Shown here: one piece after another, positions 20,776-30,754 of the stretch
Position numbering within the stretch: the first letter of the stretch is position 1
How the letters are laid out: the number at the start of each line of letters is the position of its first letter
Source of the DNA: an uncultured Eubacteriales bacterium
GTDB lineage: Bacteria; Bacillota; Clostridia; Oscillospirales; CAG-272
DNA: 64,000 bases
Assembly (NCBI GenBank): GCA_949747515.1
Contig: CATKFO010000086.1
Location: 1,208-65,207, forward strand
Reading direction: 5' to 3'
Made by a program: the position numbers and the translations under genes
The notes under the pieces: model-generated
What the model was told of the DNA's origin: nothing
What the model saw: only the letters and a program-made list of their open reading frames with translations
Databases searched by the model: none

Positions 20776-23613
20776 ATGAAACGGAGAAAAAAGATGAAGA
20801 AAAGATTTTTTTCATTAGTCATGGCGGCTGCAATGCTGCTTGGCCTCTGCGCCGCCGGCTTGACAGCGGCGGAGGCCGAGACGCCGTTTGTCGACGCGGC
20901 TAAGAATCAATGGTTCTATTCTTATGTTAAATATGTTTACGAAAACGGCATTATGGATGGAATCGAAAAAGACAAATTTGCGCCGGACGACAATATGACC
21001 CGCGCAATGTTCGTTACTATACTCGGACGCTTGGACGGCGCTGAAAAGAAGGAAACTAATACTTTTTCAGACGTAGTAAATGGAAGCTGGTACAGCGGAT
21101 ACGTCGGATGGGCGGCGGAAAAGGGAATTTTCGACGGTTATCCGGATGGAAGCTTTAAACCGGACGATAAAATAACGCGTCAGGAAGCCGCGACAGCCAT
21201 GACGAGATATGTAAATTATGTCAATGCGCATCTTCTTAAAGTTGCGGACGCTTCCAAGAATTTTGAAGATAAAGACAACATAGCCGAATGGGCTGCCGCT
21301 AATGTAGAGACAATGAGACAGTCCGGTATACTCAAAGGAAACGACGCCGGAGATTTTTTGCCGGAAAGCAACATAACGCGCGCGGAGGCGGCGGCCATTA
21401 TTCAAAGAGTGCGCGATATGATACTTTATCTGCGTCTTGAGGAATCAATAACTCCTTCATACGAGGTAGAGGGCAAAGAATTCTGCTTTATGAACGCGTA
21501 TCAGCTTTATTATTCCGGTCCAGCCCTGACAACAAGCTATAACGGTTCTAAAGTAGTTGGAGAAAATATACCTCGCCTTGTCGAGGATGAAAACGGACGT
21601 AAAATAACTCATTTTTACGACAATCCCGCCAATACGATCGCGGATGGCAATTATTTCGGATTGGATTTGAAGATCGCATGCATAGACCCCGAGAAGTATC
21701 CCTTTGTTCGCATAGGATATACGACGTCGGACGGTTCCGACGTAAAGCTCGGCGTGTACTCCGGCGATACTTCGAAGCCCGCCGTAGACGCCGCGAATGG
21801 TGAAGACCCTGGCGCCGGTCGCGTTCTTACCGCCGATCTTTCGTCAAGCGACGCTTGGGGAGACGGCTCGGAGCAGATTGTTCTTACCGTAATGGCAAAT
21901 GAAAACGCCGATCTTGCCTTGAATTATATAGCTATGTTCAAGACGGCCGAGGCCGCGGCGGCGTTTTCAGTATCTGATAACGGAGATTTGTTCGGAGACT
22001 ATAACGGAACCCCTATAAGCTACAAAAAGATCGACGACAAAACGCTTTCTGATTATATGAAGCTGATCGACGATAAAAAAGAAGAGATACTTAATAACAG
22101 CGACGACATTGACCCAAAGAGCATAAAGGGAAAATGCTATTATATTTCTTCAATTAGCGGCGACGACGACAACGACGGTCTTTCTCCCGAAACGCCGTGG
22201 AAATCCCTTTCAAAGTTGTATAACGTAAAGCCTAACGGAATATTGACCAATGTGGTTAAAGAAGGAGACGCCGTTCTTTTTGAGCGCGGAAGCAAGTTCT
22301 ATCGTTGGTATCCTTACGAAGGCTCAACCTCCTGGCTGCTCGATTTTGCAAAGGGAGCTTCGTACGGAGCATATGGAGATGGAAAGAAACCGATATTCAC
22401 TACTTCGTTTGAGTTTGACGACGGATCGTCTACCGGAAAATGGTCTAAGGTAGAAGGAACCGATTGCGTATATGCGCTTGATCAGACGTTCTATAAGCCG
22501 GAGGGCGCAAGATATAATTATAACGACATTGCAAGTATCGCAATTAACGGCGGAAGTCGCTGGGGCGTTAAAGTAATCATAGGTAACGACGAATCCCCAA
22601 TCGGAAAGACTACTACAAAATGCGGTATGGTATATAACGGCAAGTATACTTATTACGAAGGCGGAATCGTTTTTGAAGGACCGCAGTCTTTAAAGAACGA
22701 CCTTGAATACTGGATAGACTACAATACTAATAAGCTGTATCTTTGCTCCGTCGACGGAAATCCGGGAGAGATATTCGACGAAATAATGATAACCAGATGC
22801 GGCAGCGCCATAAGCGGCAGCGCTGAAAACGTCGTCGCTGACAATCTTGCGATCATCGGAGCCGGCACGCACGGTATTGATATAGACGACGCAACAAACT
22901 TCTTGATCAAAAACTGTCAGTTCGAATGGATAGGCGGCGCTGAAATGGGAGGCCGTCTCGGCAACGCTATTCAAAACTGGGGCGGCTGCGACGGATTCTT
23001 TGCGATAGACAATTATTTCAACGAGGTATATGATACGGGATTTACTACCCAGGGCGGCGGTTCTATGAAAAATATTGAATTCTATGGAAACGTTCTCGAC
23101 AGATGCAATATGTCCACAGAATTCTTCAACCATAACGACCACAACGAAGATCCGGCGAAATTTTATTCCGAGAACATTATCGTAAGAGATAACTATCAAA
23201 GATATGCCGGTTATAGCTTTGGTCATACGAGACCCGTAGGAAACAAAACGGGAACCTTTATGCTTGGCGCTAAAAACTGGGACACGCCGGCGTATAACTT
23301 GGTTATTGAAAACAACATCAATCTGTACGCTACTTATTTTGCAGCCGGATGTTCTGGTCTTGCAAGAGGAGAACACGCCGAAGGCGTTATCTTTAGAAAC
23401 AACGTTTATCTGATGAATCCTGAACGCGGCTATGCGGCAAGATCGCGCAATAACTTTATGGAGCAAACCGGAAGTAATAAAACTTTGTTCCCATATACGG
23501 AGCAATATGTGCAGTATTTAGCTGATATGGGAGTCGACAGAGGATCCACGTACTATTATTACGACGGATATCTGTTTGATTGCGAAGCCGACGGCGCGTA
23601 TTACGACGACTAA
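20776..23613 (+). CDS. SLH-anchored secreted protein with a C-terminal right-handed parallel beta-helix (pectate-lyase-fold) domain
   Basis: Signal peptide, three SLH repeats (aa ~35-215), the conserved CYYISSISGDDDNDGLSPETPWKS motif, and a repetitive N/G-rich C-terminal part typical of beta-helix repeats. ATG 20794 is the likelier start (GGAG upstream). Confidence 0.8.
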   Translation: MKRRKKMKKRFFSLVMAAAMLLGLCAAGLTAAEAETPFVDAAKNQWFYSYVKYVYENGIMDGIEKDKFAPDDNMTRAMFVTILGRLDGAEKKETNTFSDVVNGSWYSGYVGWAAEKGIFDGYPDGSFKPDDKITRQEAATAMTRYVNYVNAHLLKVADASKNFEDKDNIAEWAAANVETMRQSGILKGNDAGDFLPESNITRAEAAAIIQRVRDMILYLRLEESITPSYEVEGKEFCFMNAYQLYYSGPALTTSYNGSKVVGENIPRLVEDENGRKITHFYDNPANTIADGNYFGLDLKIACIDPEKYPFVRIGYTTSDGSDVKLGVYSGDTSKPAVDAANGEDPGAGRVLTADLSSSDAWGDGSEQIVLTVMANENADLALNYIAMFKTAEAAAAFSVSDNGDLFGDYNGTPISYKKIDDKTLSDYMKLIDDKKEEILNNSDDIDPKSIKGKCYYISSISGDDDNDGLSPETPWKSLSKLYNVKPNGILTNVVKEGDAVLFERGSKFYRWYPYEGSTSWLLDFAKGASYGAYGDGKKPIFTTSFEFDDGSSTGKWSKVEGTDCVYALDQTFYKPEGARYNYNDIASIAINGGSRWGVKVIIGNDESPIGKTTTKCGMVYNGKYTYYEGGIVFEGPQSLKNDLEYWIDYNTNKLYLCSVDGNPGEIFDEIMITRCGSAISGSAENVVADNLAIIGAGTHGIDIDDATNFLIKNCQFEWIGGAEMGGRLGNAIQNWGGCDGFFAIDNYFNEVYDTGFTTQGGGSMKNIEFYGNVLDRCNMSTEFFNHNDHNEDPAKFYSENIIVRDNYQRYAGYSFGHTRPVGNKTGTFMLGAKNWDTPAYNLVIENNINLYATYFAAGCSGLARGEHAEGVIFRNNVYLMNPERGYAARSRNNFMEQTGSNKTLFPYTEQYVQYLADMGVDRGSTYYYYDGYLFDCEADGAYYDD

Positions 23614-23640
23614 TACCAGTAAAAATAAGTAAATTAAAAT

Positions 23641-23678
23641 AACGGCGGACGCATATGAGCGTTCGTCGTTATTTATAT
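23641..23678 (+). terminator. Hairpin terminator after the SLH/beta-helix gene
   Basis: AACGGCGGACGC-atatga-GCGTTCGTCGTT (12 bp including G-U pairs) followed by ATTTATAT. Confidence 0.55.
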
Positions 23679-23788
23679 CTTACAATCGCTAAAGCAAATT
23701 TAAAACATATTTCTATGATTTCTTAGCGTTGAGCGAAGAAATATTATGCTTTACAATTTAAAAAAAATGATAAAATAAAAATATATTT

Positions 23789-25870
23789 TTGTTAAAGGTG
23801 GAAAAGTATATTGTGGAAGAACGAATAAATAAATTTGTGGATATGTTTTTTGAAACAACTCCTTATTCTGAGAATATTTTTAACGCTCAAAACAAAATTA
23901 AAGCAAAGCTTAATGAAGAATATCAGAAATTGCTTGCCTATAAGTCCAAGGACGAGGCGTTTGAGGAGATCGTTTATTTATACGGAGGAATATCGAGTAT
24001 GGCTGTTCTTGCCGGATATTCTGAAGAGGAAATTGAAAGGTGGCGATCTGCCGAAGACGAAGTAAAGACGATGAAACAGTTAAAAAAGGAACTGAACGGT
24101 CAAAGGCGACGTATATATCTTGTTTCTCTGCTCGCCGTATTTTCCGGAATATATTTCATTCAGGGCATATTTCTATCTCCGTATAATTTTATTTTTTGTG
24201 CGGCCGCGATTCTGCTTACATACTGGGCGTACGTTAGACTTAATAAACGAGAAAGAAAGTTTGTTTCAGAAAAATACGATACCGAAGCGTATTTATATTT
24301 AAAGAAAATTTCAGATAGGTATTTAAAAAGACAGCTTAACGGAATCGCATTGTTTTTTTCTGCTTTTACAGTTTTCATTTTCTTTATGCTTTTATTCGCG
24401 GTCTTTGGAAATTCTAAAAACGCGGAGCTAAAAGAAAACGTATTCGCTAATATAATACTTATTGAAATTCCTTTATATATTTGTATTAAAAACTTTCTCT
24501 GTCTTCATATAGTGAGACGCAGATGCAATTTGCCCGAAAAAGACAGATATAAAAAAAATTTGATAGGCATGCTTGTGTTTTCCGCAGGTTATTGGATAAT
24601 TGTTTCCGTATGTTTCGTCGCGTTTAGCGGCCTCGGTAAATATCCGGCTAACATATTTGCAGCGGCCGCCGTTCTTTTCGCGCTTCTGATTGGGCTTTAC
24701 GATCTAATTTTCAGAAAAAGGATTACCTCAAATAACATAGCGTTCAATTTCAGACGCTCTATATCCGCGATCTGCTCCGCAGTTATTTTTGTGGGATATA
24801 ATGCGATGCAAAGGGAAACGTGGTATACTCAGCCGTATATAAATTCTGTTCCCGTGGTTGCGCATAGCGACGATAAGATAACTTATAACGACGAAACCGG
24901 AGTGTATACGATCACAGCTTCTGAAGACGACTTCAAAATTCTGCATTTGACCGACATACATATCGGAGGGAGTCTTTATTCGTATAGCAAGGACATAAAA
25001 GCCCTGAAGGCGTGCTTCGCCGAGATTGAACACGCGGAACCTGACCTTGTGATAGTTACGGGCGATTTGTGCTTCCCGCTTGGAATAATGTCTCTGTCTC
25101 TTAATAACTCCGCGCCTATAAATCAGTTTGCCGCTTTTATGAGAAATACCGGAATTCCGTGGGCTTTTACATACGGAAATCATGATACGGAATCTATTGC
25201 CTCGGCTTCAAAGAAGGATCTTGACGATATATATAAATCTCTTTCTTATAAAACGTCCGGAAATCTTCTGTATCCCTATGTTCAGCCGAATGTGACTGGA
25301 AGAAATAATCAGCTTATAGAGCTGCGTAACGCGGACGGCGAATTGAATACGGCTCTTTTTCTGATCGATTCAAACGCATATTTGTCCGGACTTAACGAAT
25401 ACGATTACATTCACGACGATCAGGTAGAATGGTACGCAGATCATGTGAAGCGGCTTAGCGAAGAATCGGGACGTACGATCTCGTCTCTGGCGTTTTTCCA
25501 TATACCGATTCAGCAATACAGAACCGCGTACGAACTATACGAGCAGGGAAGCGGCGAAGTTAAGTATTTCTTTGGCGAAAACGGTGAAAAGATGATCGAT
25601 AAAGTATGCTGCTCCGATTATCCGAGCAATCTTTTCGATAAGATGCTGGAGCTTGGCAGTACGACCGGACTTTTTTGCGGTCACGATCATTACAACAATA
25701 TGTCGCTTGAATATAAAGGTATACGCTTGACTTACGGAATGAGCATAGACTATCTCGCTATGCCGGGGATCGAAGACGATACGGATCAGCACGGCGCCGA
25801 GCTTATAACGATTCATTCGGACAGTAAGTGGGACGTCGAACAAATACCTCTTAAATCTATCGTTGATTGA
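23789..25870 (+). CDS. Polytopic membrane protein with a C-terminal calcineurin-like metallophosphoesterase domain
   Basis: About 8 predicted TM segments (aa ~110-345), then all the MPE motifs: LTDIHIG (DxH), VTGDL (GD), GNHD, FFHIP, GHDH. The start is uncertain: TTG 23789, or TTG/GTG ~23810 after AAGGTGGAAAAG. Confidence 0.8.
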   Translation: MLKVEKYIVEERINKFVDMFFETTPYSENIFNAQNKIKAKLNEEYQKLLAYKSKDEAFEEIVYLYGGISSMAVLAGYSEEEIERWRSAEDEVKTMKQLKKELNGQRRRIYLVSLLAVFSGIYFIQGIFLSPYNFIFCAAAILLTYWAYVRLNKRERKFVSEKYDTEAYLYLKKISDRYLKRQLNGIALFFSAFTVFIFFMLLFAVFGNSKNAELKENVFANIILIEIPLYICIKNFLCLHIVRRRCNLPEKDRYKKNLIGMLVFSAGYWIIVSVCFVAFSGLGKYPANIFAAAAVLFALLIGLYDLIFRKRITSNNIAFNFRRSISAICSAVIFVGYNAMQRETWYTQPYINSVPVVAHSDDKITYNDETGVYTITASEDDFKILHLTDIHIGGSLYSYSKDIKALKACFAEIEHAEPDLVIVTGDLCFPLGIMSLSLNNSAPINQFAAFMRNTGIPWAFTYGNHDTESIASASKKDLDDIYKSLSYKTSGNLLYPYVQPNVTGRNNQLIELRNADGELNTALFLIDSNAYLSGLNEYDYIHDDQVEWYADHVKRLSEESGRTISSLAFFHIPIQQYRTAYELYEQGSGEVKYFFGENGEKMIDKVCCSDYPSNLFDKMLELGSTTGLFCGHDHYNNMSLEYKGIRLTYGMSIDYLAMPGIEDDTDQHGAELITIHSDSKWDVEQIPLKSIVD

Positions 25871-25984
25871 AGCGGCTTTATTTTTTATAAAAATTTCATT
25901 CCCATAACAGCATAAAAACTTTATTGCAAAGATTAAATAAAGCGTTCCGTTGCTCGATACTCGCGGAGCTTTAAATTAAAAAAC

Positions 25985-26021
25985 GTATTGGGTCCGCCTG
26001 TTCCGGCAGACCCAATATTTT
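25985..26021. terminator. Bidirectional terminator between convergent genes
   Basis: TATTGGGTC...GACCCAATA stem flanked by AAAAAA upstream and TTTTT downstream. Confidence 0.7.
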
Positions 26022-26085
26022 TATGAATCTAAAATCGATAAGGTACGGTGGCCTCGCAGTTTTATTAGGTTTAATCTATTCTCAA

Positions 26086-27147
26086 TTAAAAAATTGTTTC
26101 GATTATTTTAGGACATTCCAAAGGCGAATATAGCCATTTATCTATGTGCTCCACTTTTTCCGGATCAATATAATATTTTCGTATTCTTTTATTTTTCTCA
26201 ATTTCAGATTGTTCCTGAGGCGCGCTGTCGATCAGAACTAATTTTATTTTCATTCTGTCCGGAATTATGTTTTTTATGAAAACCGCGCATCTGTCTCCGA
26301 CATTTACGCCTTCTCTATATTCGGCAAGCCCTGCAAGATTAGGCGCAAGCTCAACGAATATTCCGTATTCTTCAATGGAGCGAACTACGCCCGCGACAGT
26401 TTCTCCTACGGAAAATTCAGAGGCGTTTTCTTCCCATGTGCCGAGCAGTTCCCGGTGAGTCATGTATATGCGGCCGCTTTCATTGTCTATGCTTTTCACG
26501 GCGCAGAATATTTTTTCGCCGCATCTGAATCTATCTTTTGGATGGGATATTCTGGAAACTGAAATAGAATCCACAGTAAGAAGGGACACTATGCCGCAGC
26601 CAATATCTACAAAGGCCCCGAACGGCTCTAGGTGGGTTACCGTCGCCGGAATAATATCTCCGGGAGAAAGCGCGGAAACGCTCGTTTCAAAGCATTCCTC
26701 CTGCGCCGCGCGACGTGAAAGAATTGCGCGGGGAACGTCGCCGGAGAAATCTATATCAGTTATCTTAACTGATACCGGTTTACCCACTCTTGTTATAATT
26801 GCGATATCCTTGCCGTCTTCTCCGTCTCTTAAAAAAAGCGCTTCTTCTTTAGGAATAATTCCTTGTATGCATCCGAGGTCTACCGTAAGACACATATTCG
26901 AGCAATCGCACCTTACGGCCATTCCTTCTATTATTTGTCCCTGTTCCATGGCGCGTTCCAGCCGTCTAAGATCTGCCGTGTGATAGTTGTTTTCCTCTCC
27001 GCCGTAAAGCGTTCCTTCAGGTAGATATCGTCTGTCCGTCATAACTCCGTTCATGCCTTTCTTTTGTATGACCATACTATTCCGTCCGTTTTCCTTTCTA
27101 CTGTTTTTCGCTGTCTTTCTGCGAAACTTATCGTTTTCATATTCCAT
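26086..27147 (-). CDS. S1 RNA-binding-domain protein (multiple S1 repeats)
   Basis: Repeated OB/S1-like blocks (GDIIPATVTHLEPFGAFVDIG, GETVAGVVRSIEEYGIFVELA). The true start is uncertain because several in-frame ATGs are present. Confidence 0.75.
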   Translation of the reverse strand: MEYENDKFRRKTAKNSRKENGRNSMVIQKKGMNGVMTDRRYLPEGTLYGGEENNYHTADLRRLERAMEQGQIIEGMAVRCDCSNMCLTVDLGCIQGIIPKEEALFLRDGEDGKDIAIITRVGKPVSVKITDIDFSGDVPRAILSRRAAQEECFETSVSALSPGDIIPATVTHLEPFGAFVDIGCGIVSLLTVDSISVSRISHPKDRFRCGEKIFCAVKSIDNESGRIYMTHRELLGTWEENASEFSVGETVAGVVRSIEEYGIFVELAPNLAGLAEYREGVNVGDRCAVFIKNIIPDRMKIKLVLIDSAPQEQSEIEKNKRIRKYYIDPEKVEHIDKWLYSPLECPKIIETIF

Positions 27148-27278
27148 ATCTATGTAAAGAAAGGGCGTAATATGCTTATGTTACTTTTAACAGTTCCGTT
27201 ACAAATATAAACCGTCGGCGCTGTATAATCTATAATAAACACAATATGTCGTTGCGTAAGAAAGGATGAATAATATTT

Positions 27279-28397
27279 ATGAAAAAATTAGGATTTGGCA
27301 TGATGAGATTGCCGGTTACAGACCCTGATAATGGAAAATCGGTAGATATTGACGCTACATGTCGGATGGTCGACGCTTTTCTTGAAAATGGATTTACATA
27401 TTTCGACACGGCTTATATGTATCATAGCTATCATAGTGAAAACGTAGTTAGGGAAGCTTTGGTTGAACGTCATCCGAGAGACAGCTTTTTGCTTGCAGAT
27501 AAAATGCCGACTATGTTTCTGAAAAACGAGGAAGATCTGCCTCGCATATTTGACGAGCAGCTGAAAAAATGCGGCGTAGATTACTTCGATTATTATCTGC
27601 TTCACGATATCAACGGATCTAATTATGATAATACGGCTCAAAGGCTCCGCGAGTTTGAATTTGTTTCGGAAAAGAAGGCGGCCGGTCAGATAACGCACAT
27701 GGGCTTCTCCTTCCATGACGACGCGGAGCTTCTCGAGAGGGTGTTAACCGATCATCCGGAGGTTGAGTTTGTTCAGCTTCAGATCAATTATCTTGACTGG
27801 GAGCATGAAGGTATACAATCGAGACTTTGTTACGAATGCGCTTGCCGCCACGGTAAGAAGGTTATAGTTATGGAACCTGTCAAGGGCGGCACGCTCGCGT
27901 CGGTTCCGGCAGAGGCGGAAAAGCTGCTTCGGGATTATGCGCCGGACGCTTCGCCCGCTTCGTGGGCTATTAGATTTGCGGCAAGCCTTGACGAGGTTAT
28001 TGTAGTCCTCAGCGGAATGTCGAATATGGATCAGCTACAGGATAATATGAGCTTTATGAAGGAACTTAAGCCTATAAATCCCGACGAGCTCGGAGTGTTG
28101 AACGAAGCGGTAAAAATTATTCACCGCTCCGTCGAAATTCCATGCACGGCATGCGGATATTGTCTCGAAGGATGTCCTAAAAAGATTCCGATTCCCCGGT
28201 ACTTCGCTCTATACAATACGGAGAGATTGCTTGGAAGCCGCGGTTTCTCTCCTCAGGAGGAATACTATTCAAACAGCGGCGTAAGCTACGGTCTTGCTTC
28301 CGACTGCGTTAAGTGCGGAAAATGCGAAACGGCATGTCCTCAGCATCTTCAGATACGCGAATATCTGAGACATGTTAAGGAACTGTTCGAGGGCTGA
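27279..28397 (+). CDS. Aldo/keto reductase with a C-terminal 2x[4Fe-4S] ferredoxin-like domain
   Basis: The AKR N-terminus (LGFGMMRLP, FDTAYMY) plus CTACGYCLEGCP and CVKCGKCETACP. Confidence 0.85.
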   Translation: MKKLGFGMMRLPVTDPDNGKSVDIDATCRMVDAFLENGFTYFDTAYMYHSYHSENVVREALVERHPRDSFLLADKMPTMFLKNEEDLPRIFDEQLKKCGVDYFDYYLLHDINGSNYDNTAQRLREFEFVSEKKAAGQITHMGFSFHDDAELLERVLTDHPEVEFVQLQINYLDWEHEGIQSRLCYECACRHGKKVIVMEPVKGGTLASVPAEAEKLLRDYAPDASPASWAIRFAASLDEVIVVLSGMSNMDQLQDNMSFMKELKPINPDELGVLNEAVKIIHRSVEIPCTACGYCLEGCPKKIPIPRYFALYNTERLLGSRGFSPQEEYYSNSGVSYGLASDCVKCGKCETACPQHLQIREYLRHVKELFEG

Positions 28398-28456
28398 AAA
28401 TGAAAAATAAAGAACGTCTGCGGAGATCTTCAAAGTATCCCGCGGACGTTCTTATA

Positions 28457-29224
28457 TTATCTGTTTTTTATCGGCAGACGGTCGATCACATTTTGTATTT
28501 CTCTGTCCCAGTATTTCCATGAATGGTCGCCGGTGGTTGAGGAAAATTCCACGTTAAATCCGAGTGATTTCAAATGATCGTACATCTTTACATTGGTCTC
28601 GTAAAACGAATCCTCGGTTCCGCACCACATGTAAAAATCCGGCTTTTCTTTGCTGCTGGAGGCGAGCTGCTTTGCGATAATAAAAGGATCGTTTTTGTCA
28701 ACGTCTTCTTTTGAGGTTAAGATTTTTTCTTGAGTCAGCAATTCGTTAATTTCACCCGTACGTATGTTATGCGCTCCTGAAAGAGCTCCTGCGAACGAGA
28801 ATCTGTTCGGATTCATAAGAGCGATCTTAAGCGCTCCGTATCCTCCCATGGAAAGCCCCGCTATAAAGGTATCTTCTCGAAGAACGGATATTGTAGGGAA
28901 AAATTCCGAGATAAATTTTGGAAGCTCTTCCGCTACAAAGGTATAATAATTTCCAAGTATAGAGTCGCAGTACCATCCGCGGCGCGACGTAGGTAGAACC
29001 ACGGCGATTCCTTTTTCCTCCGCATATCGTTCGATAGAGGTATGACGAAGCCAGGAATTTTCATTATCGAAAAGACCGTGCAGCAGATATAATACAGGGT
29101 GCGAATTAGGTTTATCGGCTTTTTTTCCGTCTTCCACATAGGGATATATTTGAGGAATTATGACGTTGAAATGCGTTTCCATTCCGAGGGCCGCAGACTG
29201 GCAATTTACATTAAATAAGGCCAT
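28457..29224 (-). CDS. Esterase-D/tributyrin-esterase-like alpha/beta hydrolase
   Basis: 255 aa, nucleophile elbow GLSMGGYGA, with the HPVLYLLHG and GDHSW motifs. Confidence 0.8.
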   Translation of the reverse strand: MALFNVNCQSAALGMETHFNVIIPQIYPYVEDGKKADKPNSHPVLYLLHGLFDNENSWLRHTSIERYAEEKGIAVVLPTSRRGWYCDSILGNYYTFVAEELPKFISEFFPTISVLREDTFIAGLSMGGYGALKIALMNPNRFSFAGALSGAHNIRTGEINELLTQEKILTSKEDVDKNDPFIIAKQLASSSKEKPDFYMWCGTEDSFYETNVKMYDHLKSLGFNVEFSSTTGDHSWKYWDREIQNVIDRLPIKNR

Positions 29225-29331
29225 TATTTATCTCCGTTCCGCCGCATCGCGCGGCAGTAAAATATTATTGTTTGAAAATATAGAAAAGTTTTATCATGAG
29301 ACTGAGAAAAGTCAAGAATTTTATACCGTAT

Positions 29332-29940
29332 CTACATCTCTACATCGATCTGGTCAAGTTCGCTTTCGGTAAGCGGCCTTCCAAGGGCAAACGATAAACT
29401 AACGGCTGATCGAAGAGTTTTGTTAAGCGTCGATTTATCGTCGGTTTTTTCTCGTATTATTTCGCGAGCTTCAACCAGCCATGAAAGAATATCGTCTATT
29501 CGATGCGGCACGACGTTCGTAATCATATCTCTTAGGGCTATGCCCGCCGTCGGCGACGCTCCTCCGGTACTGACGCCTATGCAAAGCATATCCGTAGCAA
29601 ATATTGATGGAAAAATAAAATCGCATTCTGAAGGTTGATCAACTGCGTTGACGAGAACATTCTCGGCTCTGCATACGGCCGATATCCTTTCATTTTCACG
29701 CTTATCTTCCGCTGCGACGACAAAGACGGGATGGGAATCTAAGTCGTCGCGCGTAAAGCTTTTCCTACTTATGTAAATACCTTCTAAGTTCAATATTTCA
29801 TCCGACAAATCAGGAGATACCACGCGTAATATAGCTCCGAAAGGTTTAAGTTTCGAAATTTTTTCAATAGCTCGTTTACCTCCGCCGCATATTACGACTT
29901 CTTTTTTATAGACGTTTACAAACATAGGAAAATATTTCAT
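29332..29940 (-). CDS. sirC: Precorrin-2 dehydrogenase / sirohydrochlorin ferrochelatase (SirC/CysG-N type)
   Basis: MKYFPMFVNVYKKEVVICGGGKRAIEKISKL is the typical siroheme synthase N-terminal Rossmann motif. ATG at 29940. Confidence 0.8.
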   Translation of the reverse strand: MKYFPMFVNVYKKEVVICGGGKRAIEKISKLKPFGAILRVVSPDLSDEILNLEGIYISRKSFTRDDLDSHPVFVVAAEDKRENERISAVCRAENVLVNAVDQPSECDFIFPSIFATDMLCIGVSTGGASPTAGIALRDMITNVVPHRIDDILSWLVEAREIIREKTDDKSTLNKTLRSAVSLSFALGRPLTESELDQIDVEM

Positions 29941-29995
29941 ATCCGCCGCCTTTATTGCCCACATAGCGCTGTTTTAAAAAGCGCTTTCAATCCCG

Positions 29996-30754
29996 TTATA
30001 TGTCGTAATAGTATTGAGTTCCGCAACCGTCGTCGATTGATTTTATGGAGACGCCGTATATTTTTTCAGTAATACCTGATTCCATTATTTCACGCGGAGT
30101 TCCGCATACGGATATAATTCCATTTTCCATAACGGCGATCTTATCTGAAATTTTAAGCGCGAGCAGAATATCGTGCAAAACCATAATTATCGTTTTTCCT
30201 TTTTCGGAAAGCCCTTTGACAGTCTTAGACAGGCTAAGCTGCCGACCTATGTCCAGATACGTCGTAGGTTCGTCCATAATAATAACGTCGGTTTCCTGTG
30301 CGAGGGCCGCCGCGATATACACCTTTTGCCTCATTCCTCCGGATAGCGCCGACAGCGGCTTGTCGGCAAGATGAAGTATTCCCATTTGCTCCATAACGTT
30401 TTCAACGACTGCAAAATCAACTTTTCTATACTTTCGGGGATAAGAGAGATATGGGAATCTTCCGTGGAGAACCATTCGTCCGGCCGAAATATCCGGTATA
30501 TTTTTTCCCTGAGGCAAATATGAAATTTTTTTTGCGCGCTCTATAGACGACATATTATCGACGAGAACTCCCTCCACGCGTATGCTTCCGGATAAAGCGG
30601 GAATCAACCCTACGATTGCTTTAAGCAGCGTGCTTTTTCCGCATCCGTTAGCTCCTATCACAGTTGTTATTTCGCCGAATTCAGCCGTTAAGCTTATTCC
30701 GCTTAAAATTTCCGTTTTGCCGTATCCGGCTTTCAAATTTTTAATTTCAACCAT
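29996..30754 (-). CDS. ABC transporter ATP-binding protein (FecE/BtuD type)
   Basis: Walker A GANGCGKST, signature LSGGMRQ, Walker B IIMDEPT. Confidence 0.92.
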   Translation of the reverse strand: MVEIKNLKAGYGKTEILSGISLTAEFGEITTVIGANGCGKSTLLKAIVGLIPALSGSIRVEGVLVDNMSSIERAKKISYLPQGKNIPDISAGRMVLHGRFPYLSYPRKYRKVDFAVVENVMEQMGILHLADKPLSALSGGMRQKVYIAAALAQETDVIIMDEPTTYLDIGRQLSLSKTVKGLSEKGKTIIMVLHDILLALKISDKIAVMENGIISVCGTPREIMESGITEKIYGVSIKSIDDGCGTQYYYDI

